A DNA stretch of 64,000 nt from an uncultured Acidobacteriota bacterium (lineage in GTDB: Bacteria > Acidobacteriota > Thermoanaerobaculia > Multivoradales > JAHEKO01). Positions 1-10,504 of this stretch are shown one piece after another (position 1 is the first letter of the stretch; each line of letters starts with the position of its first letter). The translations under genes and the position numbers were made by a program. A model generated the notes under the pieces. The model was not told the origin of the DNA, did not search any database, and was given only the letters and a program-made list of their open reading frames with translations. Where the stretch lies: positions 193,444 to 257,443 of the forward strand of contig CAVQNG010000004.1 of assembly GCA_963713825.1 (NCBI GenBank), read 5' to 3'.

Positions 1-2
1 GC

Positions 3-518
3 AGGGTCGAGGGCTACTCGCCGACCGCCCAGTTCATCGGGATTATCGAACGCGAGATCGCAGAGTTCCGGGCTCTCGAGGCTGGCTACGAGCGCTTCTC
101 CGATACTCATGATCCTGGAGCGTTGGCGATTCTCGCAGAGGAGTTCCACCAAAGAGGAGACGGCAAACGTGCCAGCAGCCTGTACAGACAACTGCTGGAA
201 ACCGAAGCGCTCGACGAAGACAAGGCCAACTGGACTCGCCTCCAATTAGCGGACGCTCTGCGCCTGGACGAGCAGTTCGAACAAGCGCTTCAAGAGGTAA
301 GTGAGGCACGCAACCGTGGTCGTGTATCCGGCAGCGAAGACCTGATCGAGCGCCTCGATCTGATCCAGGCGCAGATCTCACTCGATCGCGGTGACTGTCC
401 GGCGGCCAAGAGCGAGCTGCACCGTTTTCTCTTGACTCATCCAGCTAGCCAGCTGCGCCCCTGGGCCCAGCAGATCCTGAACGAGCTCGAGACCGACCCA
501 TCTACATGCAGCACATGA
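3..518 (+). CDS. TPR-like helical repeat protein, C-terminal part (5' end lies outside the window)
   Basis: Frame is open from base 3 with no stop. The TTG at 123 is only the first start-like codon in the track. Helical repeat-like sequence (LYRQLLE..., ALQEVSEA...). The stop at 516-518 overlaps the start region of the next gene. Confidence 0.5.
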   Translation, partial: RVEGYSPTAQFIGIIEREIAEFRALEAGYERFSDTHDPGALAILAEEFHQRGDGKRASSLYRQLLETEALDEDKANWTRLQLADALRLDEQFEQALQEVSEARNRGRVSGSEDLIERLDLIQAQISLDRGDCPAAKSELHRFLLTHPASQLRPWAQQILNELETDPSTCST

Positions 519-2401
519 CAAGAGTTCCCTACCGCTCCCAAATCGTGGATTCCGACTCCCAGCGAGGTGATCCTGGTCTGAGTGATCGATCGAACCACCT
601 CCGAGCCCTGAAATGGGCAGTTCTACTCTGCGTGGCCTGGGTGGGCGTATTCAACGTCTCGGCCCTGGTTGGGCAGGGTCCACCACGAGCGGACAAGGCC
701 AGCTTTTCGATTGTGGCGAGCAGGACTGCCGTCGAGCCCGGTGAAGAGGCGAGCCTCGCCGCGGTCATGGACATCGAGAGAGGCTGGCACACCAACAGCA
801 ACCAACCGACGTTCGAGTACCTGATCCCGACCAAGATCGCCATCGGACTGCCTGATGGCTGGCCTGCTGCTGCGCTCGACTATCCCAGAGGCGAGATGAA
901 GACCTTCGCCTTCGCCGACCAGCCGATTTCGGTTTACGAGGACGAAGTGGCCCTGATCGCCACCTTCACCGTTCCCAGTTCGCAGACCGAGGGGGTGGCG
1001 CCGGTCGAGGTGAAGCTCACCTACCAGGCTTGTGACGACCGCTCCTGCCTACCGCCGGTCACGACGGCAAAGACCTTCGAGCTGACCATCGGACCTGGCG
1101 GAGAACCTTCGAACCAGGCGGTGTTTCAGCAGCGCGAGGCCGAATCGAGTCCGACTGCGGCCAAGAAGGCGCCGCTCAGTCTGCCGCTGATACTGCTACT
1201 GGGCGTTGTCGGAGGCTTGATCCTCAACGCCATGCCCTGCGTCTTGCCTGTGCTCTCGCTCAAGATCTTCGGCCTGGTCAAGAGCGCCGGGCAGGGCCGT
1301 TCGCAAGTCGTGGTCGGTTCCCTAGCCACTGCCCTTGGCATTCTGATCTCGTTCTGGGCGCTTGCTCTCGCGGCGATTCTGGCCCGCTCTGCAGGCGCCG
1401 CGGTCGGCTGGGGAGTTCAGTTTCAGGAGCCGACGTTCGTCGTCGTCCTGACCCTGATCGTGGTCCTCTTCTGCCTGAACTTGTGGGGCGTGTTCGAGAT
1501 CGTGCTGCCGATGAAGTTGGCGCAGGTCGCGGATTCCGGACCCAAGGAGGGCATCGCTGGCCACTTGGTTTCCGGCCTGTTCGCCACTCTCATGGCGACC
1601 CCATGCTCGGCACCCTTTCTAGGCACGGCAGTGAGCTTTGCCCTGAGCCAACCGGCCTCGACGATCTTCGCGGTCTTTACGGCCATCGCTGTTGGAATGG
1701 CGCTGCCCTACTTCATCCTGGCCGCCGCTCCGAGGGCAGCACAGCTCCTGCCCAAACCCGGGCCCTGGATGGACAAGTTGCGCGTGGTCATGGGATTTCT
1801 CCTCGCCGCGGCGGCGATTTGGCTGCTCTATGTGCTCGCCGCTCAGGTCAGTCGAGAACGCCTGGCGTTCATCGAGTTGGCAATTCTCGCGCTGACCATG
1901 TTCATCTGGATCAGGCATGGCGCCGCGACGCGAGGCTGGGTAAGGAAGCTGGCTCTAGTCGGAATTGCGGCGATGATGGTTCTGGCCGTGGTACTGGCAG
2001 CCGGCGCCGACCCCGCAGCGGCCAGCCACTCGACCGCCGAGGACTCCGCCGGGCTCATCGATTGGCTGACCTTCGATCGGCAGGAAGCCGAACGACTGGC
2101 CTCGGCCGGACTCCTGGTTTTCGTCGACGTCACGGCCGACTGGTGCTTCACCTGCAAGGTCAATGAGCGACTGGTCCTCGAGACACCCGAGGTGGCCGAA
2201 GCCTTCGAGACCCATGAAGTGATCTCCATGAAGGCCGACTGGACCACCCGGAGCGACACGATCACACAGTATCTCGCCGACCACGGGCGCTACGGGATTC
2301 CCTTCTATCTCCTCTATCGTCCTGACCAGGAACCACATGTCTTCTCAGAGCTTCTGACCAAGGAAGCCGTGATCAGCGTCATCGAGCAAGCGTCACAGTA
2401 G
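506..2401 (+). CDS. DsbD/ScsB-family thiol:disulfide interchange protein (N-terminal DsbD-alpha-like domain, CcdA-type membrane core, C-terminal thioredoxin)
   Basis: YQACDDRSCLPP motif in the N-terminal domain. Polytopic core with the paired motifs MPCVLPVL and TPCSAPFL. C-terminal thioredoxin fold with WCFTCK. Confidence 0.85.
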   Translation: MQHMTRVPYRSQIVDSDSQRGDPGLSDRSNHLRALKWAVLLCVAWVGVFNVSALVGQGPPRADKASFSIVASRTAVEPGEEASLAAVMDIERGWHTNSNQPTFEYLIPTKIAIGLPDGWPAAALDYPRGEMKTFAFADQPISVYEDEVALIATFTVPSSQTEGVAPVEVKLTYQACDDRSCLPPVTTAKTFELTIGPGGEPSNQAVFQQREAESSPTAAKKAPLSLPLILLLGVVGGLILNAMPCVLPVLSLKIFGLVKSAGQGRSQVVVGSLATALGILISFWALALAAILARSAGAAVGWGVQFQEPTFVVVLTLIVVLFCLNLWGVFEIVLPMKLAQVADSGPKEGIAGHLVSGLFATLMATPCSAPFLGTAVSFALSQPASTIFAVFTAIAVGMALPYFILAAAPRAAQLLPKPGPWMDKLRVVMGFLLAAAAIWLLYVLAAQVSRERLAFIELAILALTMFIWIRHGAATRGWVRKLALVGIAAMMVLAVVLAAGADPAAASHSTAEDSAGLIDWLTFDRQEAERLASAGLLVFVDVTADWCFTCKVNERLVLETPEVAEAFETHEVISMKADWTTRSDTITQYLADHGRYGIPFYLLYRPDQEPHVFSELLTKEAVISVIEQASQ

Positions 2402-2417
2402 TCCAGCTACCGGGCAC

Positions 2418-3359
2418 ATGGATTTCCTATTTCTGATCCTGGGTATCGGCCTTCTCTACGGCGGTGGCGAGAGCCTGGTCAGAGGCGCTGCCAATCTCGG
2501 TAGGCGCCTGGGCTTGAGCCCGATGATTATCGGCTTGACGATTGTCTCCATGGGCACCTCGAGCCCCGAGCTGGCAGCCAGTCTGGCCGGTGTGTTCGCA
2601 GGAGCCCCCGCCGTCGCGCTGGGCAACATCGTCGGCTCGAATATCGCCAACCTCTCCCTGGTGCTCGGGATCACGGCCGCCATCTGGCCTCTCTCTGTCG
2701 CGGCCCGCTTCATCCAACGAGAAGTCCCCTTCATGCTGTTGACCAGCGCACTCGTCTTCCCTTTGGTTTGGGACGGCAAAGTGAGCCGGATCGAAGGCGT
2801 CGTGCTTCTCGCGATCCTGGTGATCTACCTGGTGCGACTTCTCTGGAAGCAGGCTCCGGAGACGGCCACTGTCACCGCCGAGTTCGACGAGGCCTTTGGA
2901 GATCAATGGCGATCAGCCGGCATCAGCTTGCTGATGGTGGTCGCTGGGATCGCTTTGCTGGTGGGCGGAGCTCAAGCGCTCATCCAGGGAGCCGTTGGAT
3001 TGGCTCGAGCCCTGGGCGTCGGTGAGCGAGTCATCGGCCTCACAGTAGTGGCCTTCGGCACGAGCCTGCCCGAGCTCGCCAGCAGTCTGGTGGCCGCAGC
3101 CCGAAAAGAAGGCGACATCGTCATCGGCAACCTCATCGGGTCGAACGTCTTCAACATCCTCTTCATCCTCGGTGCGACCGCCGCGGCTCGACCCATCATG
3201 GTCGTCGAGCCGATCTGGATCGATCTGATTGTGATGATGCTGGTCAGCTTGATCGTCTGGCGCTGCTTTGGAACCGGCTCCAAGCTCAGCCGGGCGGAAG
3301 CGATCTGCCTGGTCGTCGGCTACTGCGCCTACATCACCGCGCTTTTCATCGGCAAGTAG
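2418..3359 (+). CDS. Ca2+/Na+ antiporter, CaCA (YrbG) family
   Basis: Two internal alpha-repeats: GTSSPELAASL...GSNIANL and GTSLPELASSL...GSNVFNIL. About 10 TM segments. Confidence 0.85.
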   Translation: MDFLFLILGIGLLYGGGESLVRGAANLGRRLGLSPMIIGLTIVSMGTSSPELAASLAGVFAGAPAVALGNIVGSNIANLSLVLGITAAIWPLSVAARFIQREVPFMLLTSALVFPLVWDGKVSRIEGVVLLAILVIYLVRLLWKQAPETATVTAEFDEAFGDQWRSAGISLLMVVAGIALLVGGAQALIQGAVGLARALGVGERVIGLTVVAFGTSLPELASSLVAAARKEGDIVIGNLIGSNVFNILFILGATAAARPIMVVEPIWIDLIVMMLVSLIVWRCFGTGSKLSRAEAICLVVGYCAYITALFIGK

Positions 3360-4701
3360 AAGAGTCCCTGACTCGCTCTCGGAGCGCTCGAAACTCTTCG
3401 AGGCGCTGGGATAGCTCGCGCTCGAACCCTCGCTCCTGCGGGCTGTAGAAGCGGCGGCCCACGAGGTTCTCCGGCAGGCATTCGATCCCACCCACTCCCT
3501 CGTCGACCGCGGGCGCGTAAACGTAGCCTTCTCCGTAGCCAAGGTCCTTCATGAGCGACGTGGGAGCATTGCGCAGAGCGGCGGGCACCGGCCCAGCTGG
3601 CTCCTCTTCCACCACCCGTCGAACCTGGCCGTAGGCTGCATACACGGAGTTGCTCTTCGGAGCCATGGCGAGGTAGAGCGTTGCCTGTGCCAGGGCCAGC
3701 TCGCCTTCAGGTGAACCCAGGCGGTGGTAGGCATCCCAGGCCGCCAGGGTCTGGGGCAACGCAATCGGATCGGCCAGGCCCACGTCCTCACTCGCAAACC
3801 GGACCAGGCGTCGAGCGATGTACAAAGGGGCCTCGCCCGCGGTCAGCATTCGGGCCAGCCAATACAGGGCCGCATCGGGGTCGCTCTCGCGGAGAGACTT
3901 GTGCAGCGCGGAGATGAGATTGAAATGTTCCTCGCCCGACTTGTCGTACAGCAGGACCTTTTGCTGCACCACCCTCGACACTCTGGATGCGTCGACTCGC
4001 TGCACCCCTTCTCCAGCTGCGTCGAGGGCAACCAGCTCCACGAGATTGAGGACGTGTCGGGCATCGCCGGAAGCCATCTGCACCAGAGTCGACAAGGCGT
4101 CATCTTCGAGCTCGATCTTCAGGCTGCCAAGGCCCCGCTCCTGATCCGTCAAGGCCTGCGCGACGACCTTTTCGAGCTCGGCCTCGCTCAAAGGGCGCAG
4201 AACGACGAGTCGGCATCGCGAGAGCAGGGCGGAGTTGATGTGAAACGACGGGTTTTCGGTAGTTGCTCCGATCAGCAGGATGTCTCCGCTCTCGACGTAA
4301 GGGAGAAAAGCATCCTGCTGAGCCCGATTGAATCGATGAATCTCGTCGACGAACAGCAGCGTTCGCCGGGCCTCAGCGCCCCGCAATCGCGCCGCCTCCA
4401 CCATGACCTCCCTGACCTGCTTGATTCCAGAGGTCACGGCACTGAACGGCACGTATCGGCAGGTGATCTCCTGCGCCAGGATACGGGCGATCGTTGTCTT
4501 GCCCGTGCCCGGCGGGCCCCACAGAATGAGCGAAGGGACCCGATCCTCGGCCACGGCTCGTCGCAGGTAACCACCTTCGTCGACGACTTCCTGACCGATC
4601 ACCTCATCGAGGCAAGTAGGTCGCATCCGGTCTGCCAGAGGAGCCGAGCTCGAACGATCGGGCTCTGGAGGCTCGAGATGATCGAACAGAGAGCCGCTCA
4701 T
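3346..4701 (-). CDS. rarA: Replication-associated recombination protein A (AAA+ ATPase)
   Basis: Walker A GPPGTGKTT, Walker B LFVDEIHRFN, and the MgsA C-terminal helical domain (ISALHKSLRESDPDAALYWLARML). Confidence 0.93.
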   Translation of the reverse strand: MSGSLFDHLEPPEPDRSSSAPLADRMRPTCLDEVIGQEVVDEGGYLRRAVAEDRVPSLILWGPPGTGKTTIARILAQEITCRYVPFSAVTSGIKQVREVMVEAARLRGAEARRTLLFVDEIHRFNRAQQDAFLPYVESGDILLIGATTENPSFHINSALLSRCRLVVLRPLSEAELEKVVAQALTDQERGLGSLKIELEDDALSTLVQMASGDARHVLNLVELVALDAAGEGVQRVDASRVSRVVQQKVLLYDKSGEEHFNLISALHKSLRESDPDAALYWLARMLTAGEAPLYIARRLVRFASEDVGLADPIALPQTLAAWDAYHRLGSPEGELALAQATLYLAMAPKSNSVYAAYGQVRRVVEEEPAGPVPAALRNAPTSLMKDLGYGEGYVYAPAVDEGVGGIECLPENLVGRRFYSPQERGFERELSQRLEEFRALRERVRDSSTCR

Positions 4702-5816
4702 TGGGCTGGCTCGTCTCGCGTCCCGCTATCCGGGGACCCCGGCATCGGCCCTTGCCGTGCCCACTCCACCAGGCCCTCACCGACGAAGATCTCGTCGAGA
4801 GGCCGGACTCGCGCACCCTTGATGAAGTCAAAGCACAGATCGGGCCGGTCCAGAACCCCTGGCTCGCCGCGATCGGCCACCAGGATGGCGATTCGCTCTC
4901 CAACCCGCAGAAAGTCGCCCGGCTCGACGGCACTCGGACCCCAGGCAGGCCCAGCCTCGAGATCGACGTCGGTCCACACCAGATCCTCGTAACTCAGCCC
5001 CGCGTGATCCAGCATTTCCCGGATCACCGTCAATTTCGAGAAGGCCAAGCGGTGGCGCGTCCACTCGGTCAGTCGATCGGCCACCGCACCGAAAGCCTGT
5101 GGAGCCACCTCGAGCTGGCTCAAGCCGAAGACCTGAGAGGGTACTTCCAGCCCAGCGGGCAGCGATGCTATCGCTGTCGGAAACTCTTCGACTTTCTCGG
5201 GCAAATCGGTCGCCTGCGGCGACCGGAGCCTCACTTCCGGTGTAATCGCACTCTGTGGTCCGAACATCTCGATGCGGACATGAAAACGCTGCGTGCCGAA
5301 ACGCGGCAGTCCCGTTACCATCTCTCGGACCTCTTGTCTTTCAGCGCTGGGCTGCAAAGAACCGGGAACCGACCACGCGCGGGGCCAGTCCGAGCGGAAT
5401 ACTTCGCGGAAATGGAACTCCTCTAGTGCCTCAACCTCTTCCACGGCGATAAAGGGCGAAAGCCCCTCCACCGTGAACCAGAGGATCCTGGGCACTTCGT
5501 TTCGGCTCCACCTACGGATCATTTCCGCTGGGATCTCCTGGCCCTGGATTTCGAGTCGATCCGCTTCGGTGAAGTAGATCGTGTCGCCAGACCAGTCCGT
5601 GGCCTGGAGCACGGCATGCAGTTTGAACTCGGCACCGGCGGCGAGCTCGATGCGACCGGTCTTGGCGACCTCCGAGCCCTCCGGCTGCAGTGCAACCCAA
5701 GCAGCCACCGGCTCTGGCGCGAGCTGCTGCTCGACGGGGCCCGACAGCATCAAGCCACCGACCAACACGCCGATCAACGCCACGACCGACCAATAGATCT
5801 TCTGTTCACTCGTCAT
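4698..5816 (-). CDS. Hypothetical N-terminally membrane-anchored protein
   Basis: Start chosen at MTSEQKIYWSVVALIGVLVGGLML (single TM); the longest ORF reaches 5849. High GC3. The stop overlaps the rarA start (ATGA). Confidence 0.55.
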   Translation of the reverse strand: MTSEQKIYWSVVALIGVLVGGLMLSGPVEQQLAPEPVAAWVALQPEGSEVAKTGRIELAAGAEFKLHAVLQATDWSGDTIYFTEADRLEIQGQEIPAEMIRRWSRNEVPRILWFTVEGLSPFIAVEEVEALEEFHFREVFRSDWPRAWSVPGSLQPSAERQEVREMVTGLPRFGTQRFHVRIEMFGPQSAITPEVRLRSPQATDLPEKVEEFPTAIASLPAGLEVPSQVFGLSQLEVAPQAFGAVADRLTEWTRHRLAFSKLTVIREMLDHAGLSYEDLVWTDVDLEAGPAWGPSAVEPGDFLRVGERIAILVADRGEPGVLDRPDLCFDFIKGARVRPLDEIFVGEGLVEWARQGPMPGSPDSGTRDEPAQ

Positions 5817-5856
5817 GAGAAGCCGCCTCGCGACGAAGGTGGGTGACAAGCTCGAG

Positions 5857-7821
5857 CTAGTTCTCGCTCAGCTCTTCGAGCCTGTTTCCGACATCGCGAT
5901 AACCGGAGTTGATGCCGTAGATCTCGACAAACTGCTCTCGAGCCTGTTCCGCTTCGCCGATCAAGACATAGAGATTGCCGAGCTCGTACCAGAGACCCAG
6001 CGTCTCGTCCTCGGTGATCGTCGGCGAGTCCAAGCCCTCTTTGTACCATTTGACCGCCAGCTCGGGAAAACCCTTCTCGAGAAAGCAGGTCGCCAGAAGC
6101 GAGCAACAATCGACGAGATATCGGGCGTCCTTTGCGGCCAACTGAAACTCGCCGATCGCTTCATCAACGAGCCCCATTTCACGATAGGCGATGCCGAGAT
6201 TGTAGTGGGTGTCGTAGTCCTCGGCCGAGAGGGTCTCAGCCATTCCCTTCTTGAAGCCCTCGACGATCTCTTCCAGACTCTGCTCTTCCGGCGCGACGAG
6301 AAGCTCTTCGCCTTCCAGCTCCTCCTCGTCCACCAACTCCTTCTCCAGCTCCATGGCCAGATCGAAGAACTCCTCTTCCTGCTCGAAGAGCTCTACACCA
6401 GCCGCCTCGGCCTCTGCCGCGGCCTGCGTCACTTCCTCGAGCCAACTCGCATCCTCCTCGACAACAGCAGGCTCGACCACCACCTCGGCCTCAGAGACCT
6501 CCTCCGGCTCGACAGCCACAGGTTCGGGTGGGTTGACCTGGCGCTCATGAATCGTGAAGCCGTCGTCGATCAGGAGCTTCTGGATCGACTCCCAGGCATC
6601 CTCGGCCTCCCGATTGGCTTCGAAACCCGCCAACTCGTTCGCCAGCTTGGTAACCCGATCGGTGTTTTTGAGCTCCAGGTGGAGGGTGATGAGCCGACAG
6701 TGGACCTCTGGATCTTCGCCGGCGATCTCGGCGAGCTCCTCGAGCTTTTCGACCGCCTTGTCCTCCATCCCGTACCGAGCCAGGACGTCCGCTTCGATCA
6801 ACAGCTCGGACTTCTTTTCCTGTTCGGCCCTGACCGACTCCTCGAGAGCTTCTTCCTGTGCCTCGGCGCGGACCAGCGTCTCCTTGCTGGGAGGCTCCTC
6901 TACCTCGAGGTCTTCGATGTCGTCGAGATCGATCTCGAACTCGATCTCCTCCTCCTCAACTTCCTCGACAGGCTCGACAGCTTCTGCGGCGACGGCCTCT
7001 GCCAGAGCCTCGTCAAGAAGGCTCTCCTCCGTGCCTTCGTCTTCGACCGCTTCGATTTCGGGCTCCGGCTCCAGCTCGACCACCGGCTCTGGGGCGACCA
7101 GCTGCTCGACCACCAGCTCGGCATCCGGGTTCTTCTCGATCGCGATCGCCATCACGCGGTCGGCTTCTTTGGCATGACCGCCGGCGCGCAACTCCTGCAA
7201 GATGCCGTTGAGGAAGCTCAGCTCCTGCGGCGCGACTTCGAGAGCTTTCAAGCAGACCTGGGTCGCCTCTTCGATGCGTCCGTGCGCCAGCATCAGCCCG
7301 GCGATCTCTCTGAACTGGGCCATCGCCTCCGGCAATTGGTCGGTCTGCTGGTGCAGCTCGGCCAGGTGCAGTCGATGGGTCGGATTGGCCGGCTCCAGGT
7401 CGACCAGGTCCTTGTAGATGCGGATAGCCGATTCGGTGTCACTGCCCTGCAGGTACTGTTTGGCGACCGACTGGTACTGAACCCGCGCGTCGGTGACCAG
7501 ACCCTGGCGACGCTGAAGGTCCGCCAGCTTGGCGCCCGACTCGATGCGGGCCGGATCCAAGCGAATGATCTTCTTGTAGATTGCGATGCCCTTGAGGAAG
7601 AAACCCTCTCGGGTGAAGTGATCTGCCGCTTTGCTGAACAGGTCGATCGCTTCGTCGACCTGATCGAGCCGGGCATAGAGATCACCGACCCGGTTCAAGG
7701 TGCTCGTATCGTCGGGATTCTGGGCCAGCAGCTTCCGGTACTGGTCGATCGCGGCATGCAGCTTTCCCCGACCCACCAGCCGTTCGGCATTGCTGATCAG
7801 TTTTTGACGGCTCGCCGCCAT
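5857..7821 (-). CDS. Tetratricopeptide-repeat protein with a long acidic central segment
   Basis: TPR-like repeats at both ends. A Glu/Asp-rich middle region of about 200 aa (EPEPEIEAVEDEGTEE...EEVEEEEIEFEIDLDDIEDLEVEE). The start overlaps the rnhB stop (TGATG). Confidence 0.75.
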   Translation of the reverse strand: MAASRQKLISNAERLVGRGKLHAAIDQYRKLLAQNPDDTSTLNRVGDLYARLDQVDEAIDLFSKAADHFTREGFFLKGIAIYKKIIRLDPARIESGAKLADLQRRQGLVTDARVQYQSVAKQYLQGSDTESAIRIYKDLVDLEPANPTHRLHLAELHQQTDQLPEAMAQFREIAGLMLAHGRIEEATQVCLKALEVAPQELSFLNGILQELRAGGHAKEADRVMAIAIEKNPDAELVVEQLVAPEPVVELEPEPEIEAVEDEGTEESLLDEALAEAVAAEAVEPVEEVEEEEIEFEIDLDDIEDLEVEEPPSKETLVRAEAQEEALEESVRAEQEKKSELLIEADVLARYGMEDKAVEKLEELAEIAGEDPEVHCRLITLHLELKNTDRVTKLANELAGFEANREAEDAWESIQKLLIDDGFTIHERQVNPPEPVAVEPEEVSEAEVVVEPAVVEEDASWLEEVTQAAAEAEAAGVELFEQEEEFFDLAMELEKELVDEEELEGEELLVAPEEQSLEEIVEGFKKGMAETLSAEDYDTHYNLGIAYREMGLVDEAIGEFQLAAKDARYLVDCCSLLATCFLEKGFPELAVKWYKEGLDSPTITEDETLGLWYELGNLYVLIGEAEQAREQFVEIYGINSGYRDVGNRLEELSEN

Positions 7822-8489
7822 CAGGCACCCACCTCGTCGACTCGGGGCAGCACCGATCGGAAGGTCAACCTGTGCTCAGGAGAAGGACCATATGCGGCCA
7901 AAGCGGTCCGATGCTCGGCCGCGCCGTAGCCCTTGTGCCGAGCAAAACCATATTGAGGATAGACCTGGTCCAGCTCACGCATCAGCCGGTCCCGTTCGAC
8001 TTTGGCCAGTATCGAGGCACTGGCCACGGTGTAGCTGACAGCATCGGCCCTGACGAGGCCGAGACAGGGGAATCCCAAGGAAGAGAGTCGGACAGCGTCG
8101 ATAACGGCACAGTCAGGCTTGGGCTGCAGGCTCTCCAAACACCCCACCATCGCCCGACGAGTGGCATCGAGAATATTGGTGCAGTCAATCACAGCGGGGG
8201 ATACCGACTTTACCGACCAGGTCAGCGCAGATTCCTTGATAACCGTTGCCAATCTCTCTCTGGCTGGAGCGCTCAAGTTTTTGCTGTCATCGACACCGGG
8301 TAGCGTGTGCCCCGGCTCCAGCACCACTGCTGCAGCCACCACAGGCCCGGCGAGACAGCCTCGACCCGCCTCATCCACCCCCGCCACTCTCGCAAACCCC
8401 GCCAGTCGTAACTGCTCGTCCACTCCACTCAACAGGCGCAATCGATACGCCTCGGATACGAGCTGTAGCAATGACGCCAAACTTACCAC
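7821..8489 (-). CDS. rnhB: Ribonuclease HII
   Basis: GVDEAGRGCLAGPVVAAAV active-site motif, DSKNLS, and family-typical length. GTG start. Confidence 0.92.
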   Translation of the reverse strand: MVSLASLLQLVSEAYRLRLLSGVDEQLRLAGFARVAGVDEAGRGCLAGPVVAAAVVLEPGHTLPGVDDSKNLSAPARERLATVIKESALTWSVKSVSPAVIDCTNILDATRRAMVGCLESLQPKPDCAVIDAVRLSSLGFPCLGLVRADAVSYTVASASILAKVERDRLMRELDQVYPQYGFARHKGYGAAEHRTALAAYGPSPEHRLTFRSVLPRVDEVGA

Positions 8490-8509
8490 CCTCGAGCCGG
8501 CGGTAGGGC

Positions 8510-8890
8510 CTACGAAGCGCTCTTGGACGCCTTCTTCGGCGGCCGGTCCTCGCGACGCTCTTCGATTCGCGCCGCCTTGCCTCGCAATCCACGGAGATAG
8601 TAGAGCTTGGCACGCCGCACGCGGCCTCGCCGCACCACCTCGATCTTGTCGAGCATCGGCGAATGGATCGGAAAGACGCGCTCGACTCCGATGCCGCCCG
8701 ACATCTTGCGGACTGTAAAGGACTCACCGGTGCCGTTGCCCCTACGGGCGATCACGACCCCCTGGAAAACCTGAATGCGCTGCTTGTCGCCTTCGGAGAC
8801 CTTGACGTGGACCCGAAGGGTGTCACCAGCACGGAATTCAGGCAAATCCGACCTGAGATACTCGTTCTCGACTTCTTGTAGCGTTTTCAT
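8510..8890 (-). CDS. rplS: 50S ribosomal protein L19
   Basis: [32 protein letters not shown]...SFTVRK...[11 protein letters not shown] is the L19 signature. ATG at 8890 follows GGAGAGG; an alternative GTG lies at 8911. Confidence 0.95.
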   Translation of the reverse strand: MKTLQEVENEYLRSDLPEFRAGDTLRVHVKVSEGDKQRIQVFQGVVIARRGNGTGESFTVRKMSGGIGVERVFPIHSPMLDKIEVVRRGRVRRAKLYYLRGLRGKAARIEERREDRPPKKASKSAS

Positions 8891-8926
8891 GGCTATCGTA
8901 AACCTCTCCACCTAGCAGAAAGTCAT

Positions 8927-9733
8927 CTATTCTCGAGGTGAGTTCGTATTATCTTTGTCCTCGGCCCGCCTGACAAGGTCCCCGGCAGCAGGGCTGTCCA
9001 CCGAACTGTCACCCTGGATCTGGGCGAGCCACTCCAGCTGCTCCTCGTCGAGCGCCGCTGCGGCCAGCAGATCCGGCCTTTTCTCCAGTGTGGCGCCTAT
9101 TGCCTGGCGCCCCCTCCAGGCCCGAATCGCGCCGTGATCCCCCGAAATCAGCACATCTGGAACCGGGAGTCCTTCGACTACTTGGGGGCGGGTGTAGTGA
9201 GGATAGTCCAGCAATCCATGCCTGAAGCTGTCCTGTTCCACGCTTTCCGGCTGCCCAACAACGCCCGGAACTTGCCGGGACAGCGCCTCGATCAAGACCA
9301 TTGCAGGCAGCTCTCCACCCGAAAGTACGAAGTCACCGACCGAGATCTCCTCATCCACGACCGTCATTCGCACCCGCTCGTCGATGCCCTCGTAGCGACC
9401 GCAAACCAGAATCAAGTGCTCGTTGGCGGCACTCAACTCCTGAACCCGAGAATCAGTCAGGCGACGACCTTGCGGCGATAGGAGAACGCATCTCGAGGGC
9501 TCAGGTCTCGCTACGGTCCTGACAGCTTCGATCCAGGGCGGCGCCATCATCACCATACCCCCTCCACCGCCATAGGGCTCGTCGTCGACGCTCTGATGCT
9601 TGTTCTTGGAGAAGTCCCGCAGATTGTGCACGGTGACTTCCATATCCCCGGTTGCGATGGCACGGCCGATCAGGCTGGTCGAGAGAAACTCCCTGAACAG
9701 CTCCGGGAAGATCGTTATGACCGAGATGCGCAC
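8927..9733 (-). CDS. trmD: tRNA (guanine37-N1)-methyltransferase
   Basis: MRISVITIFPELF..., CGRYEGIDERV and SIGDFVLSGGELPA motifs. GTG start. Confidence 0.95.
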   Translation of the reverse strand: MRISVITIFPELFREFLSTSLIGRAIATGDMEVTVHNLRDFSKNKHQSVDDEPYGGGGGMVMMAPPWIEAVRTVARPEPSRCVLLSPQGRRLTDSRVQELSAANEHLILVCGRYEGIDERVRMTVVDEEISVGDFVLSGGELPAMVLIEALSRQVPGVVGQPESVEQDSFRHGLLDYPHYTRPQVVEGLPVPDVLISGDHGAIRAWRGRQAIGATLEKRPDLLAAAALDEEQLEWLAQIQGDSSVDSPAAGDLVRRAEDKDNTNSPRE

Positions 9734-10281
9734 GTTTCCACCAGCCCTTCGGGTAGATCGAACTCGAGGATTCCCGCTTCGGTATCCACCCGTTTCATAT
9801 AGGCGCGAACAAAAGGAATCATCAATTCGCGCTTGCCATCATCGACCTTCAGAATCAAACCTCCGCCGTCCTCGACGATTTCGACGACCTCGCCCAGCCG
9901 GCCCTCTTTCTCGTCGTGACACGAACAGCTCAGAAGCTCGAAATAGTAGTAGCTGCCGTCTGGCGACGGCGGAACACTCTCCGTCGGAACCTCCAAGCGG
10001 GCTCCTCTGAAGCTCTCCGCATCGTCTCGATTCTCCGCGCCATTGAAGCGGACCACCACCGAGTCCTTCTGCCGCCTCGAGGTGTCGATCACGACTCGCT
10101 GGCGCTCACCACTCGGAAATACCAGCTGCAGCTCGCTACCCGCCTCGAGCCTTCGAGGAGTGTCGCTCAAGAGGGTCAGCACTACTTCACCCCGCAGACC
10201 GTGCGGTCGGCGTACCTCAGCCACGACTACGGTAGGAGGGAGCTCTCTTGGAGACTCAGGTTTCGATGATTTCCAGCTCAT
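9715..10281 (-). CDS. rimM: 16S rRNA processing protein RimM
   Basis: RPHGLRGEV motif plus a PRC-barrel C-terminus, positioned between the KH gene and trmD. The start is uncertain: ATG at 10281 or 10305, or GTG at 10224. Confidence 0.85.
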   Translation of the reverse strand: MSWKSSKPESPRELPPTVVVAEVRRPHGLRGEVVLTLLSDTPRRLEAGSELQLVFPSGERQRVVIDTSRRQKDSVVVRFNGAENRDDAESFRGARLEVPTESVPPSPDGSYYYFELLSCSCHDEKEGRLGEVVEIVEDGGGLILKVDDGKRELMIPFVRAYMKRVDTEAGILEFDLPEGLVETCASRS

Positions 10282-10504
10282 AGCTTTCCCCATCGCGGGA
10301 GCCACGAGCTGCCAACAGGGAGCGTAGGGCCCGAGCCGTTCGCCCTTGACGGCCGATCACCTTGCCCAGGTCCTCGGATGCCACTTGAAGCTCGAAGAGG
10401 GTTGATTCCCGACCGGGGATCTCTTCGAGATCAATCTCCTCTGGCTCATCGACAATCAGGCCGATGACCCGAACCAGCGATTCATGGACTGCTGACTCAC
10501 TCAC
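10256..10504 (-). CDS. KH-domain RNA-binding protein (YlqC/UPF0109 family)
   Basis: LGKVIGRQGRTARALRSLL KH motif. Canonical position between rpsP and rimM. The GTG start overlaps the rpsP stop. Confidence 0.88.
   Translation of the reverse strand: MSESAVHESLVRVIGLIVDEPEEIDLEEIPGRESTLFELQVASEDLGKVIGRQGRTARALRSLLAARGSRDGESYELEIIET

Noticed and set aside
5815-7929. 704-aa ORF on the plus strand, antisense to the TPR gene
   Set aside because: Composition is Leu/Arg/Asp/Gln-rich mirror-image nonsense with no recognisable motifs. Long antisense ORFs are expected in high-GC DNA. The minus-strand frame has clear TPR repeats and fits the operon.
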